Source of the DNA: Neophaeotheca triangularis
Lineage: Eukaryota
Assembly (NCBI GenBank): GCA_054600435.1
Contig: BAAIJX010000017.1
Coordinates: 124,001 to 188,000, forward strand
Direction of reading: 5' to 3'
DNA length: 64,000 nt
The notes beneath the pieces are model-generated. The model saw nothing but the letters and a program-made list of their open reading frames with translations, searched no databases and was not told the origin of the DNA. This document shows, in pieces, positions 35,170 to 47,228 of this stretch (within the stretch, counting starts at the first letter, position 1; every line of letters begins with the position of its first letter). Made by a program: the position numbers and the translations under genes.

Positions 35170-38100
35170 TCACAACGCCACCTCGAACCGGCGATAAGGC
35201 ATCACAACCGCGTCGCCGACCAAGCCGTACGCCTGCTCCGGCGGCAGCGGCCCATCCCACTCGGTGCCGCTGCTGCGCACCTCGTCGACGACACCGCGGA
35301 GCACGTTGCCCAGCGTCGTGGCCACGACGACGCACAGCGAGTTCTCGCCGGCGGTCAGATGGGGGCCGAGGTCCGCCACGGCGTTGGTGGGGTCTAGTGG
35401 TGGCAGCGGGTGGTTGTTGAGCCAGAGGCGCGCGGTGTTGGTTAGGGGGCCGAGGGAGAGGTAGGCGCTTTCGGAGTCGTTTGAGGGCGGGGTCCATTGG
35501 AAGGTTGTGTAGTAGATGCCGCGGCCGGAGACGGTGGCGAGGGCCGGGGAGAGGACGTTCCAGGGTTGCAGGCCCGTGGTGAGGTTGTAGGTTGTGTTTG
35601 AGAGAAGGGGCTGGGTTTGCGAGGCGTATAGGTCGTCGGGTGGGTTCCAGGACTCAACGGTTAGAGTCCAGTGGGTGAGGTTTATGGGGTGGGTGGCCGG
35701 GGTGGGGAGGACGAGGCTAGTACCGTTTGCCAGCAACGCTGGGGTGGTGGTGTTGATGGCTTTTAGGATGAGGGTGTTGCTAGATGGGTCAGGTTGTTCA
35801 CCGGACACGCCTTGTGGGAGGGAGATGAAGTGGTTTTCAGGCGTTGTTTCGTTGTGGCGGAACGCTATAATGGCGCTTTGGTTGCCCGCGAGGGTCATGG
35901 GCATCGAGGTTGAGCTTGAGCTTTGCTGGTAAGCGAGCACCGGCATCACGTCGCCAGTCCATGCGTCGTAGATGTATGGCTTTCCGACGGTAGCAAAAGC
36001 AACGCTCCCTGTGGATGAGCCTTCGCCTAGCTCGGAGTTCCAGCCGTCGTTGTAGACATAGACGTACGTTGTCGAGGACTCTGCGTCTTCACGCCAGTGA
36101 GTATACCACGTTCTGTCAGCGGCCACTTGCGTTCTCGGCGTGAGGCCTAGATTCGCCAGCGAAGCAGCCAGGTTCTCAAACGGCACGACGTGAACATTGT
36201 CGAGATCCAGCAAGCTCGACAAGGCAGACCGCACGTACTCAGTCCCAGCGACATTGTAGCCGGTAAGATTCTGCGGGAGGCCTCCAGAGAAAACGATGGG
36301 TAGCCCGGCCTGAGCAAAATCGACCAGCTTTTCAACCCCAGGCACAGTCAAGGTGTCATTCTGGCGCAATATGAGCGCCTTGAAAGCCTGGCGATTGGGA
36401 GCCAGTGTGGCGTCATCGACATATGCTTCGGGGAGCAATAGATTATCTGGGCTGAGATACTCGTAGGTGAAACCTGCCGGTGGTCAGTAATCGGTCCTGT
36501 AAGCAACAATTCGCAAATAACCTACCAGCTTCCACCAAATCGTTCGGTTCGTACATCGAGAACACGTCAAAGTACTCATTCCGCTTCAACCAAAAGCACA
36601 AATCAATCTTTGCGTAGCCCGACTGCGCGACAAATTGCGTGCGGGCCGTCCAGTCCATGTAATCGCGATAGTGCTCCCACGTCGGCTGCCTCGGGCCGTG
36701 CATATTGGAGAAACGGTAGGCAAACGTCGTGTATCCCGGCCAGGTAGTGTTGGGGTAATGACCGGAGAAGGCGTAAGCATGGTAGACCATGTTGTTCACC
36801 GAGCCCACGATGGAGCGCTTGACGTCCCAGATCAGCTCCGGCATGGTCTGGCTGTAAACACGCCCTCGTTGCGCTCCCAGCTCGTTGGAAATGACACGCT
36901 TGCCGGCGAGGTTGGCGGGGCCGGCGAACTGACGGTATGCGTCTATTACGTGGCTGAAGCCTAGTGATTCGCACTCTGGGGCGTTGACGGACGGGACGTT
37001 CGCTAGCATGTCCATGGGAAGGTTGTAGACTACCTGTGTCGAGAATTGAGATGATAGCGAGTCCCGGGTCCAGTTAGTCAATGTTTCGAGGTACACGGCG
37101 TTCAGTTCGGTCAGCTAGAGAGCACATCAGTATCGCCCTTGACAGTTGCATTTCCGGGGAATTTGTTGGAAAAGGCTTACCGTTTGCCAGTAATCGTTAA
37201 TGTAACGTAGGCCAGCGTCCACCTCATCCGTCCGGAAGTGGTCGGGAGAAGAAAGAGGCCCATTGCGCCCACTGTTGTAAGAATAGATGAAGGGGATATA
37301 CTTGTTAAACTCATAGCCTCTGTTGGTCATAAACTCCTCGAGCAGACGTGACGTCCACCAACACAACGTCCCAGCCCCAAACTCCGCACTGTCTTCCCAA
37401 CCGTAGTTGCCGACTTCCCGAAACAAGCTGCGTGTCTCCTCGCTCAGCAAGTTGTTCTCCCAGTACTCCGTTATAAGATTCGCTCCTCGGGCAGAGAGAT
37501 GATCGGCAACCCAGGAGCCATTCTGCGTGTAATTAAGAACCGGCGATTGAGGAACGCCAGCTTGCACTTCCTCGGGAGACGCTTGCTGTCTGTACTCAGA
37601 ATGAACTTGGTAGTAGGCGAACAACCGATACTCGAGGCCTTCGGAGTCGGCAGGAAACTCGAGCAATATTGAACCGTCCGAAGCCACCCGGTGCGTAACG
37701 TCGTCGAGGGAACTGGCCCTGAGCGTGTTCTCCGTGCCCTCGTAGTAATATGGTCCTAGGAAAGCAGGCGAGGCCGAATAGTTGGCCGGCTGGCTATCGA
37801 CTACCAAGCCCGTGGAAGCCGACACGAATTCACCAGTGCCCCATCCGGGCAAGATATCATCAAAAGTCCCGCCGACGGGAACAGAAGTGTTGAAAGGGAC
37901 AAGGCTCCACATGATGCCCTCGTCGTCTGGCTCCGCGGGTACGCCAGCACCTTGATTGGGCCCGAGCGCAAAGTCCATCACGAGGCCATTATCACGAGTC
38001 GCACGAAGAGCAACGTCGGTAAGCTGCCTCCAGGCCTCGGTGCCCCATCCATACGTCGTCCAGTCCGTCGGCGTGGGCCCACCTATCAATCGGAAGAATC

Positions 38101-38449
38101 AGCATCCCGTAGATCGAGCCCCTTTCCGCCTCTAAAAGCTCTATTGAATGAACGAACCTTCAGCGACCTCCTCAGGATAATTGCCATAAAGATAATACCC
38201 CAACAGCTCCATTCCGCCGGCACCCTTCTCAGCAACCGCCTCGAAATCCCTCGCCACTTCGCTCAAGTCTACACTCGCATCGGGGATCCAGTATCTGAAG
38301 CGCGGACGCAGCAGACTGGAGGGATCCCGAAAAGTGCCGTAGTCGACATCAGCGCTGACTTGGTCGTCGGTATTGCAGGGGAGTTCGCTGGCGCCCGCCC
38401 AACAGCCCAGCGCGACGATGTAACTGTACAGAACGTTATTGAGAGTCAT
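35170..38449 (-). CDS. Secreted glycoside hydrolase, GH106 (alpha-L-rhamnosidase)-like, 4 exons
   Basis: Introns 38157-38083, 37180-37115 and 36525-36474 give one frame. Signal peptide; RPRFRYWIPDA, WEDSAE, APECESLGF and ISNELGA motifs; C-terminal beta-sandwich ending YGLVGDAVVMPY. Confidence 0.75.
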
Positions 38450-39417
38450 TTGGTCAAATCCTCGAATTGGCGAATGAGCTGTTCAAAGTAAGATCTTCGC
38501 AGAGCGCAGACGGGTAATATATGTATGTAACCTTCTCCCGCGCTGTAGCATTGTTCCGAACACCCTACCTGGCTGCTTAGGCTCAGCAACGGGGAGCCTC
38601 GAGACCTACCTCAAGCAGTATGAAGGTGCGGGGATCGATGGAGTTCTTCGTGCATTGCACATGTAGTTGCTGGGAGGAGTGAAGATCATGAGAAGCCCAG
38701 GTCGTTTCCCCTCTTCAATCTTCCAAGTTGTCTCCACATCCCGCCAAGCGCTTTGGAGCTTCGGGTCATTGCTTATCGAGGTCTGCATTTCTTCTTCGAT
38801 TGGCTTTTTACGTCTCTCTACGCAGTCCGGAAGACGAACATACCTCCATGGCAGTCCACATGTTCGTAACAGAAGAGCTTATAGGTCACTTGAGCCCTGT
38901 CAAGATCCTGCGTCGAGTCCGCCGACTCCCATAGCAGCATAGCGGGCGGCGAAAATCACATGATGCCTGGTGGTGCTCATCAAGCGACCGGCCGCATGGA
39001 AGAGGGAAGAGAAGCAAGTCAAGTCATCGCCATAAGATTCCATTAGCTATCATACAGAGCCCATCGCCGAACCCACTCTGCACTCTGGCATCATCAACAC
39101 CCACCGTCCGCAGGCATAGATGCAGCTAATAGAAGAAGCAGCACCAGCACGTCATCAAAGAGAAAGCAGGAAGAAAGAAGCCGGGCCCCGTTGATCACGC
39201 CACACCCAGTTCCCCCGTTTGTGGTATCATGCCCGACGAAGACGGCAACGGCAACAGCAAGTAAAAGATTCATACTGCCGCTGGAGTCGTTGCAAAACAC
39301 CGTTTGTTGGAAACCTCGGCCCCTAGCCAGAAAAGAGCAGAGCAAAGCAAAGCACCTCGCCGCAGATGAAAGTGTTGATCACTCTGACGGCAAGGTTTCG
39401 ACAATCTCGACAAAATC

Positions 39418-39979
39418 CTAGTCTTCGTCTTCGTCGTCGTCGGCGTTGCCCTGAGAAGTTGAGTTAGTCACTGATACAGTTTCAAATGACTGCGGATAGT
39501 CTTGACTTACCGCAGTGTAGGCAGCCTTCTCCTCCTCGTAGCGCTTCTTGTCGGCGGCGGCCTTGGCTTCGTATGGTGCCTTCTGCTTCTCGTTCAGGGA
39601 CTTCCACCTCTCGCCGAGGAGCTTGCCGACCTCGCCTGGGCGATGTTAGTGGATGAATTGGTGTGTGGCGGGGGCGAGCTGGCTTACCGAACTTGATACC
39701 AGGGTTCTCCTCACGGACCTTGTCGCGCTGGTCGTTGGCGAAGAACATGTAGGCGGAGAGACCCCTCTTGGGCATGTTGGGATCTAAAGCCGTTGGTTAG
39801 TCAAGTGAGCTGCCAGAGGGACACGTAGTGATGCGCAGGCGACGACGAGGTCGCAGGCCGCATTACAAGAAGTGAAACGTGGGAAGGTGATGCAGTCGAG
39901 GAAACTCACCCTTCTTCTTCCTGCCGCCATCAGTCTTGCCCTTGGCAGTCTTGCGGGTGGTGGTCTTCTCCTTGGGCAT
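39418..39979 (-). CDS. NHP6: HMG-box non-histone chromatin protein Nhp6, 4 exons
   Basis: Introns 39909-39784, 39687-39636 and 39510-39451 give MPKEKTT...[23 protein letters not shown]...[13 protein letters not shown]...[12 protein letters not shown] with an acidic tail. Confidence 0.95.
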
Positions 39980-42900
39980 GGTGTCGGTTGGAGAGAAGTC
40001 GTAGGTTTCTGGTGTAGATGTCAGCAAGAAATGGTTCAGAAGCGATCCGCGACGGCCATCGACGCGGTGGTAGGCGCAGGCGACAAGGTTGATGTGTTCG
40101 CGCCTGGTGTGCAGGGCATAGGCTCTGGCTTTGGCTTTGGGCGCGCGCCTTGTGCTCGCTCGCGCGGTCGCAAACGACGCGCTTCAGGCGGCAAAGGGAT
40201 GTTTGTTGAGGCAGAAAGGACAAGTGGAGTACTTACAATGAGCGCCTCAGGTTTGCAGTAGGTTCGAAAGCGTCGAGAATCTGGTGTCTGAACCAAGTCA
40301 GTGTTTGAAGTCGCAGACGATTGATATATGGCGGCTTCCACCACCAACCAGACGTCGTGCCAACAGCGGTCGCAAGACGCGTAGAGGCGGCAGTGATGGG
40401 ATTGAGGTGGTGGCAACGACTCCAAAAGGCGGCGGAGCTGACGGGCGAGGTTTTGTTGTGCAAGTTGACTTGGTTTGGAGTGTTTGACGTCGGGGGGGCA
40501 ATTTAATGGGCAAGAAACATACCTGGTTTGCGTGTGCTGGCAGTGGTTGTTAGGTGAGAGGAAGTGGTGAGAAGCTGGCCTGGGTAGGACTGAGCCTGGA
40601 CACTGAAATTTGGTCGCAGAGGGGTACCTTCCCGTGCTGAGATATACACACAACAAACCGCACCTGCCAGGCACGCTCCACGACTCCACGCCGACGCCGA
40701 CACAGCACTGGACGCGTCTCGCGCGACCATCATCATACCTTACCTACTAGTAGGTAGTAGGTAAGGTTAGTAGGTAAGGTACTGTACAGTCAGTAGCCTT
40801 TTTCCCGTCTGCCTGCAACAACAATGCATTGCATTATTGATCATGTGATAACAAACCCAGCATCTCCATCTGTTATGCAATTGAACCTCATCAGTAGGCA
40901 TCATCTCTTCTCATGTCGGGTGTACTACTACTGTGTGTGTACCGCTCATCCAAGCTCCTGGCCGAGAAGCTCCCGTCTAGTCGCGGCCGCCGGTGCTGAA
41001 CGCTGCTGCTGCCCCACCCTCGCAGTAGTCTCACACACAGTCGGCCAGCCAGCTACTGCCTACCTACCTTACCTAAGCCAGGCATGGGCCATCCATCGTT
41101 CATTCCTCAACAACGTCACTTGAGCCGCTCATGTCACCTCACGCCCCAACTTCTTGGAGCACTGTCCAGGTAGGTTGTCTCAGTTCTTATCGATAAAGAG
41201 ACACTCGTGCAATAGCGAACACGCATACATGTTCAACTCCTCCAGCCGCATACACGTTTAACCCCTACAGCTGCATCCACGTGCCCAAGCATTCACGTCG
41301 CGCGAGCCTTGACCCCTTAACTGTTGACATAGTTGGGCTACAAAGCCCACCCGACGTAAATGCTTTCCACTGGCAAGACTGGGTACCTTCACGACTCTCT
41401 CTAAAGAACGAACAGCCGGGACAACCTAACGCCATGGCTGACCGACACCCCACGTAAAAGCTGGCCGTCGCCGCTTCTCATCTGCTGGTCGAGTGAAACT
41501 ATTCCATCCTGACATGCTATTCGAGCATGTAGGCCGCCCTTCCCAAGTCAACGCACTCGTTACCTGGACGCACCCACGCATCTTCCGTCCCGTTAAAACG
41601 CGAAAAACCAGGTCAGATCCTTTTATTGCTCCTTCCCTTCTTCTTACCTCCCGCCTCCCGCGACTCCCTCCTTCATCGCCCAGTAATCAAAAGACTCGGC
41701 CTTGAATCTTTGCACGCCTTTCTCCCACGCCTGCAAGGTAGCTCTATCTCAAGTCTCCCGGCGACCGAGAAGCCAGCGTTGGTACATCCGGTCCAAGGCC
41801 GCGTCGACCTCGACTTGGGTCAAAGACCTCTCTTTCAGCTGTAAGGCGCGATTTTCGCTGCTGACAATGCGTAAGGAGCCCGCGTAAGAGCCATGTTGAA
41901 GGTCGTAGCTTGGCGTAGTCTTCAGGAAACGTGATTCGTTTCGTCACCTCTTGGGCTTGTGGCGGAGGCCCTGGCAGGTGTGGTGAATTAGCTGGGGTGG
42001 ATTCCCGATGGTGACATTCATGGGTCATTTGAGAGCGTGATACAGTGCTCGGTTGGTCGCCACGTTTGTGTAACCGCCAGTCTCTGCTATGGATGCGCGC
42101 AGTGTCGTGGAAACCAAAAGGTTCCGCCTCTACTCCTAGCGAGGTGTAGATCGTTCATATACGACCCACGACACCCACGCCAAGGGCGGTACAAGAATGC
42201 GTTCCAACGCACAGTATGCAAGCTGCGAACAAGCTGCCTGTTCGCGTTGTACAAGCTGCTTTGGCTGGCTACAGCTTGTGAAGGCGGAATGGGGTGTTGA
42301 TGCAGTAGCTGATGCGCGACTGGCAGCGAGACGTGCATCGTGAAATGGTTGAAGAAATTCAAGATAGGTATGGAGTGATGCTACTTACTTCTGATGTAAC
42401 TTACTTAAAGGGCTTTGGGGGGCTTATGACAATGGACAATACTGGAATGTGCGTGCCTACCTACCTTGGACTGATCACTCGAGTGCTTCGGGTCATGGGT
42501 GTTTCTAGCAGTCTGCAGTGTATCTTAACCAAGTACCTATGCTCGACTTCGTTCTCTGCTTTGTACTGAGAAGTGTTAGATGTTCGCTTGAAAGAAAAGT
42601 CGCCAGTACGAGAGCAGCGGGTAACGGTGGCAATGCAAGCCGTCAGCGGTTCGACCGCCTTCATTCATCATCCATCATCCATCAGACAAGCTAGTTAGCG
42701 AAGGCCCGGAAAGCCTTTGTTAGTTAACTTATGGATAGATTCGATACCCTCACGACGGTACCTTGTGCTGAAAAGAGGGATGAAACCCCGCGGACCTGCA
42801 AGTCTCGACCGTTATCCACCTGGCCCGAAGCAGTAAAGTTTTGCTCTGGGTGTGACGCCGCTGACAGAAATAGCGACCAGCGAACGCGCAAGCATTCCGG

Positions 42901-43532
42901 AAAAAAGGGAAAAAATTAAGAAAATTGGTTGAATGATAGGACGACAACTTCTAGAACATGCAGGTACCCTTGTTCTCCAAATCCAGAACCGTGAACCGTT
43001 TAGTACTTTTGTATTTATATCCTAGACTGGAGAGTATGAGTCTGGGGTTGGCGCATGGGAATGTGGGCATTTGGGAAGCATATCACGCTTCGTCGTCGTA
43101 TCGGATCGCTTTCGTCTGTTGGGAGCGACGTCGTAGTATGTAGTAGTACCTGTGCTTCCACACTACCTACCTATCTACGTACCTTACCTTCACCATCCAT
43201 CCATCCCCTCGGGCTTGTTGCGTCTTTTTCCCTTGAGCTCCTTCGCCTCTGCGTCTTCTTGTTCCTTTATTCTTTGAGCGAGTCAATTCGGCGGCTGAAG
43301 CGTTTCTTTGTCTCTTCAACTCGAAACAGCCGTTCAGGGTTCCATTTGGGCCTCTATATTGCTACAAGACCCCTTCCTTCACGAATCACGACCTTCGTTT
43401 TGAAAGCGAGCAGCGATACCTGTGCAAAACCGTCAATTGCCAACGTCCCATGGCCTTTCGACCGTAGATTTAGGGGTCGAACTACTTATCTGAGAGCAGC
43501 ACACGAACGACTTCCTATTCATACTGTCCGCA

Positions 43533-46500
43533 ATGGACGCCCTCCACATTGCCCTCCACCTCCTTCGGCGACAACAGCAAGATTCTCCTCCCGCTTCTGG
43601 CGACAACGGCGTTAATGGTGGAGGAAATGCTGGCGGTGACACCACCGGCGGCGGTAATGGGGGTGGTGGCGGTGGAAGCAGCACTGGAGACAAGTTCCTC
43701 GACCTCATCGCGCAACCCTTCCAGTCCGAACTTTACGCCGACTCCGTGCTGGCAGCCCTCGGCGTCTCTATCATCATTACCCTGAGCATGTTTCTGCTCT
43801 TCTGCTGCCTTCGCCCTCACAACACCATCATCTACGCCCCGCGAGCCAAGCACGCCGATAGCAAACATGCTCTTCCTTCGATCCCTACAGGACTCTTTGG
43901 ATGGATCAAAACGGTTGCGACCACGAAAGAGGAGACAATGATAGAAAAAGCTGGGTTGGATGCTGCCCTCTTCCTACGCTTCACGCGCATGCTGCGAAAC
44001 ATCTTCATCTGCTTGAGCTTCATAGGATGCGGCATCTTGATTCCCTTGAACATTCTGAGCAGCAACTCCAAGGGCTCCAACGCTTTTATGCGTATGACGC
44101 CGCTGTTCATCAACAACAGGACCTCGTTCTGGGCCTATGTGCTATGTGCGTACCTCTTCGACATCATCATCTGCTACTTTTTATGGAGGAACTACAGAGT
44201 GATCGTGAGACTGAGGAGACAGTACTTTGACAGCTCGGCTTATCAGCGCAGTTTGCACTCCAGGACGTTGTTGGTGACCGATGTGCCCAAAGAAATGAGA
44301 ACGGATGAAGGGTTGCTAAGATTAACCGAGGAGGTTCAAGCGACTGCAGATGCGCCTCGCACTGCTATTGCTCGCAACGTCAAGGATTTGCCCGACTTGG
44401 TTGAGGAGCATGAGGAAACAGTTCGGAAATTGGAGGGCTTTCTGGCCAAGTACCTGAAGAATCCGAATGCCTTACCAGCTCAGCGACCGACATGCACGGT
44501 CAACGAGAAAGACAAAGCGTACACCAAAGGACAAAAGGTTGACGCGATTGAATACCTCACCAGCAGGATCAAAGAGCTTGAGATCGAGATTAAGGAGGTA
44601 CGGGAATCTGTGGACAAGCGAAACAGCATGTCGTTTGGCTTTGCCAGCTACGAATCGATTACAGCGGCACATACTGTGGCATACACGGCGAGGAAAGGCG
44701 GCCCTCAAGGCTCGGACTTTCGTCTTGCCCCATCTCCAAACAACCTAATCTGGAAGAATCTGAAGCTCGTCCAAAAGGAGCGCAAATGGCTCAATTTTAT
44801 CAACAATGTTTGGATTGTTGCTTTGACGATTGTCTGGATCGGGCCAAACGTCCTCATCGCTGTGTTTCTCTCCAACTTGTCACACATTGGCCAGCTCTGG
44901 CCAGAGTTCAACCAGTCCCTCCAAGCACACCGGCAGTGGTGGGCTATCGTTCAAGGTGTGGCATCTCCTGCCATCACGATGTTGTTCTACTACTTCTTGC
45001 CTCGGATCTTCCGCAAGCTGCGCATTCGCGCTGGTGATCAGTCGAAAACAAGCCGTGAACGTAACGTCCTGGACAAATTATACGCCTTCATGGTCTTCAA
45101 CAATTTCATCGTTTTCTCCCTTTTTGCGGCAATCTTCGGTTTCGTCACCGCTGTGGTGGGCGCCGCTGAGGACGAGGACGCGTGGTCAGCCATCAAAGAC
45201 GGCAACATTTTCGGAGAAATTGTGCGCACATTGTGCACTGTCTCCCCTTTCTGGGCTTCCTGGCTACTCCAACGGAATATGGGTGCCGCCGTCGATCTTT
45301 CTCAACTTGTTAACATGTTTTTGAGTTATTTCAAGCGCAAATTCATGTCGCCGACACCACGCGAGCTCATCGAATTGACTGCTCCTGCCGCTTTCACGTA
45401 CGCCGAATACTACAACTACTTCCTCTACTACTCTACAGTCGCCATCGCCTTTGCGACCATCCAGCCGATTGTCCTGCCAATTGCCGCGTTCTACTTCTGG
45501 ATCGACAGCCACTTGAAGAAATACCTTTTGATGTACGTCCTGATTACCAAGTATGAGAGTGCGGGTAGCTACTGGATCTTCCTATTCAACCGCTGCATCT
45601 TCTTCACGATTTTCGGTAATGTGATCATCGCCTTGTTCGTTGGTACACTTGGAGCACAGAGATGGGCCATGCTGGGCTGCATGGCGCCTTTGCCTTTCCT
45701 TGTCGCTGGCTTCAAGTGGTACTGTATGCGCACGTTTGACGACAACATCCATTACTTCGCCACAGGCAACCGCCTCTCCGACGACCAAGTCACTGTCGAG
45801 CGTAGCGAGCACAAGGCCCGCAAGGGTGACCGCGTCGGTGTCAGGTTCGGACATCCAGCCCTTTACAAGCCATTGATGACGCCCATGGTCTCGGCTAAGA
45901 GCGAGCACCTGCTCAAGACGATATACTGTGGCCGAACATCTCTGGACCAAACAGCCGACATTGCGGGTTTCAGCGACGTCTACATGGACACCATGGACCA
46001 CGCGAAACCCGGCAAGACCGCCGGTGGCAAACCCGGCAACGCGCCCTTCGAAGTCGTCAACGAGAACGAAATGGACTTTGAATACTGGAAAGACCGACCG
46101 GAATTCGCCGAAGAAGCCGGAGGCGACGGCCAGCTGTACGGCCGCGCGCCAGACATCATGAGACCTGGCACTCCAGGCTCGACCATGGCGGGCGGGCTGT
46201 CTCGTGCAGGCACCGCTACGACGTGGGACTCGCCCTCCAATAGCCGCGAGCACTCGGCCGATTCGGAACGCACACGTGTTCCTTCTGGCAACGCCTACCA
46301 TGGCCGCGGCCTCTCGGGCAGCCGCTCCGCCTCGCGCGAAGACATGCTGCAGGGCGATGGCGTAGACTACCCGCGTGGCTACCACCAAACGCCCTCGGCG
46401 CTGCGCGAGCAGAGTCCCGCGGGCTCGGAAGTGAGTCTCGACATTGGAGGCCGGGGCGGTGCGGACGCTCATACTTTGCGGTCCGAGGTGAGCCGCGAGG

Positions 46501-46676
46501 GGCTCGTGAGTAATGCTTCGCGCATGGGAAGGAGTCCGCTGCCTAGGAGAGTACCGATCCCGGCCCCGACACCTGGGGGTTACGGACCTGTGAGGGCTCC
46601 TGGGGAGACACCTGGCAGCGATCGCGAGGAGGATACCAGTTATGATTACTTTAGGAGAGGGAGAGGGGTTAGTTGA
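43533..46676 (+). CDS. CSC1/OSCA/TMEM63 (DUF221, Rsn1/Phm7-like) cation channel
   Basis: IYAPRAK, GLDAALFLRF, SRTLLVTDVP, KVDAIEY and APSPNNLIWKNL motifs, with many TM helices. Confidence 0.9.
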   Translation: MDALHIALHLLRRQQQDSPPASGDNGVNGGGNAGGDTTGGGNGGGGGGSSTGDKFLDLIAQPFQSELYADSVLAALGVSIIITLSMFLLFCCLRPHNTIIYAPRAKHADSKHALPSIPTGLFGWIKTVATTKEETMIEKAGLDAALFLRFTRMLRNIFICLSFIGCGILIPLNILSSNSKGSNAFMRMTPLFINNRTSFWAYVLCAYLFDIIICYFLWRNYRVIVRLRRQYFDSSAYQRSLHSRTLLVTDVPKEMRTDEGLLRLTEEVQATADAPRTAIARNVKDLPDLVEEHEETVRKLEGFLAKYLKNPNALPAQRPTCTVNEKDKAYTKGQKVDAIEYLTSRIKELEIEIKEVRESVDKRNSMSFGFASYESITAAHTVAYTARKGGPQGSDFRLAPSPNNLIWKNLKLVQKERKWLNFINNVWIVALTIVWIGPNVLIAVFLSNLSHIGQLWPEFNQSLQAHRQWWAIVQGVASPAITMLFYYFLPRIFRKLRIRAGDQSKTSRERNVLDKLYAFMVFNNFIVFSLFAAIFGFVTAVVGAAEDEDAWSAIKDGNIFGEIVRTLCTVSPFWASWLLQRNMGAAVDLSQLVNMFLSYFKRKFMSPTPRELIELTAPAAFTYAEYYNYFLYYSTVAIAFATIQPIVLPIAAFYFWIDSHLKKYLLMYVLITKYESAGSYWIFLFNRCIFFTIFGNVIIALFVGTLGAQRWAMLGCMAPLPFLVAGFKWYCMRTFDDNIHYFATGNRLSDDQVTVERSEHKARKGDRVGVRFGHPALYKPLMTPMVSAKSEHLLKTIYCGRTSLDQTADIAGFSDVYMDTMDHAKPGKTAGGKPGNAPFEVVNENEMDFEYWKDRPEFAEEAGGDGQLYGRAPDIMRPGTPGSTMAGGLSRAGTATTWDSPSNSREHSADSERTRVPSGNAYHGRGLSGSRSASREDMLQGDGVDYPRGYHQTPSALREQSPAGSEVSLDIGGRGGADAHTLRSEVSREGLVSNASRMGRSPLPRRVPIPAPTPGGYGPVRAPGETPGSDREEDTSYDYFRRGRGVS

Positions 46677-47228
46677 TTTTGTGGCTTGAGGGGCTCAGGG
46701 GTGGATATAGACTGTATAGAGGTGGCGTTACGTGGGTTGGTGGTGTTTGAGGGTGGGCTTTTTTCGGCGTGTTTTTGTGGGATTATGGGACGAACTTATG
46801 ATAAAAGCTGGTTTTGTGTAGCATAGAAAAGCGTTTTTCGTGTCGCTCTATTCGCTCTACCGTCCTCGTTCAGCGCTCGACGGCTCTTGATGCATCTAAT
46901 TGTGCACTGCTTTGCCGCATCACGCGAGCCTCTCGCGCAAACGGTTCTTATTGGTTGCTGAGACGTCAGGGCTTGGCGTTTCGTGACGCCCGCCTACCTT
47001 ACCTCTCCAAGAGCACGGTGAGATGCAGACACAGTGCCTTCGACGCACGATACCCCCGAGCAAGGCAATCACTGGAGGAGCTTCGGTCGACAGCCGCCTC
47101 AGGTACTCATCATCCAGAGCTGGCAATAAGATCAACCCCGCAACAGCGAGAAAGTATGCCCAGGTAGTACTGCATCAGCTCCAGCAAACAACATACACGG
47201 CGGCAACCACTTCATCTCCGTAGCAGTC

